From Puniceicoccaceae bacterium (GTDB lineage: Bacteria; Verrucomicrobiota; Verrucomicrobiia; Opitutales; Oceanipulchritudinaceae), in assembly GCA_040830765.1 (NCBI GenBank), contig JBFOMH010000013.1, positions 128,001-192,000 of the forward strand: a DNA stretch of 64,000 nucleotides. Reading direction: 5' to 3'. The first letter of the stretch is position 1. The number at the start of each line of letters is the position of its first letter. Shown in pieces: positions 57,065 to 64,000 of this stretch. Under the pieces are notes generated by a model. It had not been told where the DNA came from, did not search any database, and saw only the letters and a program-made list of their open reading frames with translations. A program made the translations under genes and the position numbers.

Positions 57065-60058
57065 ATGGCACAAGGTCAATCCCACCCGCTACCTTTTAAT
57101 CCGGAGACCCTTCCAAGGGAAACCCTTCGTCACTATATCTCGGCCACGGATGAGGAAATTCAGGCCATGATGCAGACCGTGGACATTAACCAATTGGAAG
57201 ATCTCTATGCCCACATTCCGGAGGATTCGCGCTTTTCTTCCCCGCCTGAACTGCCGGCTGAATTGTCTTACGAAGCCTTGCAGGAAAGGCTCATCAAGCT
57301 CTCGGAAGAAAACTGCATTCGCGAATCCTACATCGGGGATGGATTGCCTCATTATAATGTCATGCCAGTGGTTGGACCCGTCTGCGATATTCGCAACCTG
57401 ACGACTGCCTACACCCCCTACCAGCCGGAACGGTCACAGGGGACCCTCATGACGCATTGGATTTACCAGTGCATGATGAGCAGCCTGACCGGTTTTGAGG
57501 CCATCAACAGTTCCCTCTATGACCGGTCTACCGCCATTTTCGAGGCCATGGGTACAGCCGTCCGCCTCCAAAGGAAAGGGGATACGATTCTCATTTCAGA
57601 AGGCATCTATCCGGGTGACAGGGAAGTCGTGGAAACCCTTCTACCGGGAACCGGCATCAGCGTGGAGTGGATACCCCTGGACCATGCCACGGGCAAGACC
57701 CATATCGAGGCCGCCAGGGAAGCCCTGAACCGGCTGGGCGAAGCTGCTGCAGGATTCATATTTCCGCACATCAACTCCCTTGGTTTGCTTGAGGATGTGG
57801 ATGCCCTGGCAGACCTGACCCTGGACAGCAAGGCATTCAGCGTGGCCATTATCGACCCCATTCTGCTCGGCACAGGTGGCCTGAAGCCACCGACTGAATT
57901 CGGGCAAAAAGGGGTAGACATGATTGTCGGGGAGGCCCATCACCTGGCCATCGGGCCCAATTTCGGCGGCCCGGGTCTCGGCCTCTTCGGGGTGCGCTAC
58001 AACGACTCCAACAAAAACGCTATCCGCCAAACGCCAGGCCGCTATGTCGGCAAGGCCCGTGATGTCAATGGCCGCAGCTGCCTGGTCATGGTTCTCAGCA
58101 CACGGGAGCAGCATATCCGCAAGGACAAGGCCACTTCCAATATTTGTTCCAATCAGGCTTTCCTGGCCACTATTGCTGGCGCCGCCATCCTTGACCGGGG
58201 AGAAAGCGGCATGCAGGAGGCCTTTTCCCTGGGCCGCAGCCAAGCGCTGGAAGCAGCCTCACGGTTAACCGCTCTCTCCGGCGTGCACTTGGCTTTTCCA
58301 GAGAACCCCTTCGTTAATGAATTCGTCCTCGAGCTGGATCGAAACCCTGCCGACCTGATAGAGGAGGCCCGGCAGGCCGGGCTGCATCTCGGGGTGGACA
58401 TTTCCGATCGCGTACAAGGCGATAGGCGGCTGCTGAAGCTGTCCTTCAGTGACCGAAAAGTGGATATCGACCGCTTGGTGAATTTCTTCACTGGGGCTGG
58501 GTTCACTTCGGACCTGGAATCAGGATCCATTCCGGAAATCCCGGCAACGGCCCTTCGCTCAGATTCAGCAGGTCTGCCGGAATTGACCTCGGAGGAGGTC
58601 ATCGATTACTACCGCAGGCTCGGTGAGCTCAATGTCAGTCCGGACGATGCCTGCTATCCACTTGGTTCCTGTACGATGAAGTATAATCCCTTCATCAATG
58701 ACTGGGCCGCATCCCTGCCCGGTTTCACGGACTTGCACCCACAGGCACCACTAGCCGACGCTCAGGGTGCCCTCCATTTGCTGCATGAAATCCAGGAATG
58801 GTTCAAGGCCATCACGGGATTGGCCGGAATTACCACCCAACCGGTGGCAGGCGCCCAGGGGGAACTGGTCGGGATAAAGCTGTTCCAGGCCTATCACGAG
58901 GACCGCGGGGAGGGCCACCGCGATGTCATCCTGATTCCAGCTTCCGCCCATGGAACAAACTTTGCCACGGCCGTAATGGCGGGTTACCGGACCAAGAAGG
59001 TGGATGGCCGCCAAGCGGGTATTGTTCTCCTCGAGAGTGCTCCGGACGGCAGTATCGACATGGATGACCTCCGGGCCAAGGTCGATCAGAACCGGGACCA
59101 CCTTGCCGGCATCATGATCACGAATCCCAACACTTGCGGGGTATTTGAAACCTGTTTTCGTGAAATTTCCGATCTTGTCCACGAGGCGGGAGGCCTTGTT
59201 TACATGGATGGGGCCAATATGAATGCCATTGCTGGCTGGTGCGATCTCGGGGCCATGGGGGTTGATGCGGTTCATAACAATCTTCACAAAACCTGGACCA
59301 TTCCGCATGGCGGAGGTGGCCCGGGAGATGCCATCGTCGGGGTCAGCGAGCGACTCGTCCCTTTCCTGCCCGGTTACCAGATAGAAAAGGACGGCGGATC
59401 TTATGTCCCGGTCCGGCCGCCGAAAAGTATCGGCAGCTTCCACCGCCATTGGGGGAATTTCGCCCACAAGGTCCGTGCCTTCAGCTACTTGCTGCGCCTC
59501 GGGAAAGCCGGAGTTCCCCGCATGACCGCGATGGCGGTCCTCAGCTCGCGCTATTGCTTCGAGAAATTGCGCAAAGCCTACCCGACGCTGCCCGCCGGCG
59601 CCACGGATACACCACGCATGCACGAGTTCATCCTGACCCTGTCAGAAGAGGATTTCCAGCGCATCGAGGCCTCGGGCACGCCTCGCGCACTGGCAATCAC
59701 GCGGGTTGGAAAGCTCTTCCTTGATTTTGGATTCCACGCCCCAACCGTGGCTTGGCCAGAAACTTTCGGCCTCATGATAGAGCCAACGGAAAGTTATTCC
59801 ATGGCAGAGCTGGACCGCTTCTGTGAGGCAGTCATCGCCATTTCCGAGATTGTCCGGGAGCATCCTGAAGTTCTCCAGAAAGTACCTCTCTTCACCCCGG
59901 TTGACCGCGTCGATGAGGTGGAAGCCAACCGCAACCTTTCGCTCAGCGAGGAAATTGAATCCCTTCCCGGTGTACTCCAGAACCGCCTTTCACCCACCGA
60001 GATCGCCCGCCTGCCGATTGAGGAAGTGAAGGCGCGAATCCTCGCCGCTGCCCAATAG
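57065..60058 (+). CDS. gcvP: Glycine dehydrogenase P protein, single chain made of GcvPA-like and GcvPB-like halves
   Basis: TAYTPYQPERSQG, TREQHIRKDKATSNIC, YPLGSCTMKYNP, ITNPNT.GVFE, NLHKT (PLP Lys), HGGGGPG. Confidence 0.93.
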   Translation: MAQGQSHPLPFNPETLPRETLRHYISATDEEIQAMMQTVDINQLEDLYAHIPEDSRFSSPPELPAELSYEALQERLIKLSEENCIRESYIGDGLPHYNVMPVVGPVCDIRNLTTAYTPYQPERSQGTLMTHWIYQCMMSSLTGFEAINSSLYDRSTAIFEAMGTAVRLQRKGDTILISEGIYPGDREVVETLLPGTGISVEWIPLDHATGKTHIEAAREALNRLGEAAAGFIFPHINSLGLLEDVDALADLTLDSKAFSVAIIDPILLGTGGLKPPTEFGQKGVDMIVGEAHHLAIGPNFGGPGLGLFGVRYNDSNKNAIRQTPGRYVGKARDVNGRSCLVMVLSTREQHIRKDKATSNICSNQAFLATIAGAAILDRGESGMQEAFSLGRSQALEAASRLTALSGVHLAFPENPFVNEFVLELDRNPADLIEEARQAGLHLGVDISDRVQGDRRLLKLSFSDRKVDIDRLVNFFTGAGFTSDLESGSIPEIPATALRSDSAGLPELTSEEVIDYYRRLGELNVSPDDACYPLGSCTMKYNPFINDWAASLPGFTDLHPQAPLADAQGALHLLHEIQEWFKAITGLAGITTQPVAGAQGELVGIKLFQAYHEDRGEGHRDVILIPASAHGTNFATAVMAGYRTKKVDGRQAGIVLLESAPDGSIDMDDLRAKVDQNRDHLAGIMITNPNTCGVFETCFREISDLVHEAGGLVYMDGANMNAIAGWCDLGAMGVDAVHNNLHKTWTIPHGGGGPGDAIVGVSERLVPFLPGYQIEKDGGSYVPVRPPKSIGSFHRHWGNFAHKVRAFSYLLRLGKAGVPRMTAMAVLSSRYCFEKLRKAYPTLPAGATDTPRMHEFILTLSEEDFQRIEASGTPRALAITRVGKLFLDFGFHAPTVAWPETFGLMIEPTESYSMAELDRFCEAVIAISEIVREHPEVLQKVPLFTPVDRVDEVEANRNLSLSEEIESLPGVLQNRLSPTEIARLPIEEVKARILAAAQ

Positions 60059-60071
60059 GTGCAATTCGGAT

Positions 60072-60101
60072 AAAAAAAGAGCACCCGAATTGGGTGCTCT
60101 T
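60072..60101. terminator. Intrinsic terminator between convergent genes
   Basis: AAAAAAAGAGCACCC-GAATT-GGGTGCTCTT. Confidence 0.8.
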
Positions 60102-60130
60102 GAAATTGGGAAGTGACGTGTAGTCAGGAA

Positions 60131-60949
60131 TTAACCCGGGTCACTGGCGGTCTCGACGTCGTACCAAGGTACATCGAGAGCGTTTTCAACCTCAGGGGTT
60201 TCCTCGTCTTCGTCATCGTCATCGTCAGCAGGCTCATCGTCGCCGCTTGGGGCATCGTCTCCAGTGTCGAGGGAGCCCATGTAGGCAGCACCGGCCTGCA
60301 TTTCGCCAGCTGTTTCGTCACCAATGAGGGCCATGGCGGCACCGCCGAGGGCCACGGCAAAGATATCGCCATCAGCGTCATAAACGCCACGGACAATCAT
60401 TTCCTCGCCTGCCGGGATGCTCATGGTCACACCAGGCTCAACAATCGAAGCAGTCAGATTGCTGATATCGAGTTGGTTGTCGCCGGTGAAGGTAACGTTT
60501 CCGTCAAGGTTGCGGACTTGGAGCGTCCAGCCTTCGTTGGACTCGCTGAGCAAAACGCCGTAAACGCCATTGGAAATATCGGCAGTACCGACAACATTGG
60601 CCACGGAGATACTGCAGCCGCTGGAGGTGTCGCCGAGCAGCTCGCCCTTGGTGAGGCTGAGAACGGCTTGACCTTCTGAAATACTGGCCACGGTCAATTC
60701 AGACCCGGGGTAAACAGTCACCAGCGAACCGTCACAAACACTGAGAACGATGGTGGAGTTGTTGCTCTTGACCACATCACCGGAGGAAAGGGAATCTCCG
60801 GCATTCAAGGCCATTGAGGATCCGCCACGAACGACGATCCCGCCATCCGGATCTTCGGCGACAACAATCGCACCTTGGGCTGATAAGATTACAGGCGCAG
60901 CAAGAGCTGAGATAAGTGACAAAACGACAGATATTTTGAGTGATTTCAT
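60131..60949 (-). CDS. Secreted FecR-like beta protein with acidic tail
   Basis: Signal peptide; L..GD.L..GDVV, DGS.V.V.PGSEL, L..GELLG; D/E-rich C-terminus. Confidence 0.65.
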   Translation of the reverse strand: MKSLKISVVLSLISALAAPVILSAQGAIVVAEDPDGGIVVRGGSSMALNAGDSLSSGDVVKSNNSTIVLSVCDGSLVTVYPGSELTVASISEGQAVLSLTKGELLGDTSSGCSISVANVVGTADISNGVYGVLLSESNEGWTLQVRNLDGNVTFTGDNQLDISNLTASIVEPGVTMSIPAGEEMIVRGVYDADGDIFAVALGGAAMALIGDETAGEMQAGAAYMGSLDTGDDAPSGDDEPADDDDDEDEETPEVENALDVPWYDVETASDPG

Positions 60950-61042
60950 GATTGGGAAGAGATTTTAAACTTTCTAGTCCACTTTTGGAATTATAGAAGC
61001 TAAGTATGCTCAGGATTCTTGACAAGCATTAAGCTGAAGAAG

Positions 61043-61804
61043 ATGGGTGACAAAGTGAAAGCAGAAAAAAGCCTGAGAATCCAGAAAATCATCGCCGATC
61101 GGGGTTTGGCCTCGCGCCGCGAAGCCGAATCCTGGATTGAGGAGGGCCGGGTCACGGTCAATGGAGAGGTCGCCACGCTCGGGGACAAGAGTGTCCCGGG
61201 AGTCGATGAAATTACCATTGATGGCCGCCCCCTGCCCCGGGAAGCCCCGGCCAAGCTGGTCATTGCCATGAACAAGCCGAAAGGTTTTGTCTGCACCAAC
61301 GACGATCCGCATGCCACAAAGACGGTTTTCGACCTCCTGCCCGCAGAAATAAAGGCCTTGCGGCTCTTCTGCGTCGGGAGATTGGACAAGGAAAGCGAGG
61401 GATTGCTGATACTGACCAACGATGGCAACCTGCAGCAACAGCTGGCTCATCCATCCTACAACGTGCAAAAAAAATACCACGTCGAGCTCAACAAGCCCCT
61501 GCGGGAAGCAGACGTGAGGAAATTAATTCGCGGTATCACCTGGGAAGGAGAACGGCTCTCAATCGACAAAGTCATCCCTCTGAAAAGCCGCTCCGGGGAT
61601 AACTGGAAGTCCCTCGAAGTGGTCCTCGGACATGGGAGAAAACGGGAAATTCGCCGACTTTTTTACGCTTTTGGCTATGATGTGAAGCGGTTGCGGCGTG
61701 TTCAAATTGGACAATTTCGCCTCAAGGGCCTCCCCAGGGGCCACATTCGGACCTTGGGCAAGAGCGAAATCAAGACCCTTTTCCAGGTGGCTGAGCGTCG
61801 CTGA
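61043..61804 (+). CDS. RsuA/RluB family pseudouridine synthase with S4 domain
   Basis: RIQK.IADRG.ASRREAE..I.EGRV.VNG, NKPKG, VGRLDKESEGLLILTNDG. Confidence 0.92.
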   Translation: MGDKVKAEKSLRIQKIIADRGLASRREAESWIEEGRVTVNGEVATLGDKSVPGVDEITIDGRPLPREAPAKLVIAMNKPKGFVCTNDDPHATKTVFDLLPAEIKALRLFCVGRLDKESEGLLILTNDGNLQQQLAHPSYNVQKKYHVELNKPLREADVRKLIRGITWEGERLSIDKVIPLKSRSGDNWKSLEVVLGHGRKREIRRLFYAFGYDVKRLRRVQIGQFRLKGLPRGHIRTLGKSEIKTLFQVAERR

Positions 61805-61912
61805 GTGGAACTTCCCGGCAAGATCAGCAAAAAAGGCCGCAGGATAATGCCCTCGCGGCAATTATTCGATTGAGCCAAGGCGCGGGGATCGCCAAACTCG
61901 GCACTCAATACA

Positions 61913-62737
61913 ATGAAAGATCATAGGATGCGCCGTCTCTTGTTAATGCTGCCTGTTGTGCTCGGGAACGTGCTCACCGGCCAGGCAGCCGATATTGAGC
62001 TCCACCTGGCAGCGGACAGCCAGTCAAGGCAACTGGAGTCCATCAGCCTGGATGATCCAAGACTGGGACAACCCACACCCGTCATGGATGAGGCCAAGGC
62101 CGCCCTTGGCTGGCACTTTGCTGATTTCAGTGGGACGGTCGAGGGTTACGTCCAGGACGCCAAAATCGGCAAAGACCTCCTGCCGGTTGATAATACCTTG
62201 ATTCATGCCAGTCCGAGCTCGGACAGCCGGGTGCTCTCGGTCTACCGGTTTGGTGACGACCTTGAAGTGGTGGACACCGGCGTGTGGTGGAAAATTCGCT
62301 TTACGGGCACATTTCCGGTTTATTTTGTCCTCGACACACCTCCCCCGCTGCCGGCGGTGACGGGCACCGCCGACGTTGTGGCTGCACCAGCACCTGTCAT
62401 TGAGACTGCCCCGGTTGCGGCGGCACAAGCACCCGCGATCGTTTCGACAGTTCCGCTTCCCAGTGACGAGATGGAGGCTCCTCGCCCAGGGGCAATTGGA
62501 CAGCGGTACGACGGGATTTTCCGGCGCTCAAAGAAACGTTTTGGTCTCCTCAAGCCAAGATCGCCCTATTTTCTGGAAGATGCCAGTGGTGACCGGATTG
62601 CCTGGTTGGATGTCTCAGAAATCGTCCTGCCCGGGCCCATCAATGCATTTCTTGATGAGCCAGTTGTCATCCATGGGGAGCGTTCCCGGATCAAGTCCGA
62701 CTGGATGATTCATGCCCGCAACATGCGCCTGAAGTAA
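61913..62737 (+). CDS. Exported hypothetical protein (SH3-like domains, Pro/Ala linker)
   Basis: Signal peptide; two ..GW..(V/F)..GYV-like beta modules; PA-rich linker. Confidence 0.65.
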   Translation: MKDHRMRRLLLMLPVVLGNVLTGQAADIELHLAADSQSRQLESISLDDPRLGQPTPVMDEAKAALGWHFADFSGTVEGYVQDAKIGKDLLPVDNTLIHASPSSDSRVLSVYRFGDDLEVVDTGVWWKIRFTGTFPVYFVLDTPPPLPAVTGTADVVAAPAPVIETAPVAAAQAPAIVSTVPLPSDEMEAPRPGAIGQRYDGIFRRSKKRFGLLKPRSPYFLEDASGDRIAWLDVSEIVLPGPINAFLDEPVVIHGERSRIKSDWMIHARNMRLK

Positions 62738-62752
62738 AGTTTCCCTCCCACT

Positions 62753-63634
62753 ATGGAACTGCTAGACGGTAAGAAACTTTCCCAGGAAATCCTTGGGGAA
62801 TTGAAGGAACAACTGGCGAAGATAGACGGTCCCCGGCCCTGCGTAACCTTTATCCGGGTGGGTGAGGATCCGGCATCGGTCTATTACGTCAACTCGAAGC
62901 AGAAAAAGGCTGCCCTGGTCGGCATCGAGAGTCGCCTCAAGACCTTCCCGGAATCCATCTCCCAGGAGGAACTCCTGCAGGAAATCCAGGCCTTGAACGC
63001 AGACTCATCGGTTCACGGAATCCTTGTCCAGGCGCCCCTTCCTTCCCACATGGACGAGAAGACGGTCTTCAACACCGTCGCCGCGGAAAAGGACGTGGAC
63101 GGATTTTCGACGGTCAACCTCGGTCGCCTGGTACAGGAGGATCCGGATGCCTTCGTTGCCTGCACCCCGGCGGGAATTGGAGAAATGGTGAGGCGCTATG
63201 GTATTGAGACTGAAGGCAAACACGTCGTTGTCCTAGGCCGCTCCCTTATCGTCGGCAAGCCGGCCGCCCTCCTATTCATGCGCAAGGCACCGTTTGCCAA
63301 TGCCACCGTGACTGTCTGCCATTCCCGCACCAGCAATCTCGCAGAAATCACCCGTCAGGCGGATATCCTTATTGCGGCTATCGGGCGGGCTGAGTTTGTT
63401 ACTGAGGACATGGTCAAGCCGGGGGCAGTGGTCATTGATGTGGGCATCAACCGGGTGGATGATCCCGACTCATCCAAAGGCTACCGGATTGCCGGGGATG
63501 TTGCCTTCAAGACGGTTTCCCCGAAATGCGCAGCCATTTCACCTGTGCCCGGCGGGGTTGGCCTGATGACCGTGGCCTTGCTGATGAAAAACACTGTCAA
63601 GGCCTGGGAGATGGCCCGCAACACAACCGATTGA
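62753..63634 (+). CDS. folD: Bifunctional methylenetetrahydrofolate dehydrogenase/cyclohydrolase
   Basis: VGEDPAS..YV..K, GILVQAPLP, KDVDGF, GRSLIVGKP, PVPGGVG.MT. Confidence 0.96.
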   Translation: MELLDGKKLSQEILGELKEQLAKIDGPRPCVTFIRVGEDPASVYYVNSKQKKAALVGIESRLKTFPESISQEELLQEIQALNADSSVHGILVQAPLPSHMDEKTVFNTVAAEKDVDGFSTVNLGRLVQEDPDAFVACTPAGIGEMVRRYGIETEGKHVVVLGRSLIVGKPAALLFMRKAPFANATVTVCHSRTSNLAEITRQADILIAAIGRAEFVTEDMVKPGAVVIDVGINRVDDPDSSKGYRIAGDVAFKTVSPKCAAISPVPGGVGLMTVALLMKNTVKAWEMARNTTD

Positions 63635-63639
63635 AGACA

Positions 63640-64000
63640 ATGGCCCAACCGAAAATCCTCGTTATCGATGACCAGTTGCTGAATATCCGGTTGCTGGAGC
63701 ACAAGCTGGAGCGGAGTGACATGACGGTCATCAGCTCCACCAACGGAACAGAAGGCATCCGGTTGGCCAAGGAAGAAGCGCCCGATGTCATCCTGCTGGA
63801 CATCATGATGCCCGGAATGAGCGGCATCGAAGTATGCAAGGTGCTCAAGGAGGACGAGGTAACCCGCGAGATTCCGGTTATTTTCATTACCGCCCGCACT
63901 TCCAAGGAAGACAAACTGGAAGGATTTGATGTCGGGGCGGCTGACTATCTCATCAAGCCGTTCGAGCTGGACGAGACCCTGGCCCGGATCAAGACGCAGT
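63640..64000 (+). CDS. Response regulator receiver-domain protein, 5' part only; runs off the window edge
   Basis: Manual translation: MAQPKILVIDDQ..PDVILLDIMMPGMSG..IPVIFITA..GAADYLIKPF. Confidence 0.9.
   Translation, partial: MAQPKILVIDDQLLNIRLLEHKLERSDMTVISSTNGTEGIRLAKEEAPDVILLDIMMPGMSGIEVCKVLKEDEVTREIPVIFITARTSKEDKLEGFDVGAADYLIKPFELDETLARIKTQ

Overview
Gene-dense, moderately GC-rich bacterial chromosomal window. Gene content and secreted-protein architecture suggest Verrucomicrobiota, probably Opitutia-like (inference). In order: a truncated secreted beta-rich protein; an M6 metalloprotease with FN3 repeats; a TlpA-like thioredoxin; a frameshifted Old Yellow Enzyme; a lactonase; a wHTH/membrane pair with a perfect palindromic operator; an ECF sigma/anti-sigma pair next to two divergent secreted proteins; an alpha-glucan utilisation locus (AraC, MFS, malQ, TonB receptor, GH13) with a shared upstream motif; panB-panC-coaX-panD with a candidate leader RNA; a UroD-family/rhamnose mutarotase pair; nuoB-N with no nuoA; a PL6+PL38-like bimodular lyase; rpsA; a PLD/ClsC lipoprotein; an S8 peptidase; a small secreted protein coupled to a PA-domain metallopeptidase; an orphan GspF/PilC; nth; a fused GcvPA-GcvPB; a pseudouridine synthase; folD; and a truncated response regulator. 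I saw no tRNA/rRNA, CRISPR array, integrase or transposase. All family calls come from motif recognition by eye, not from database searches.
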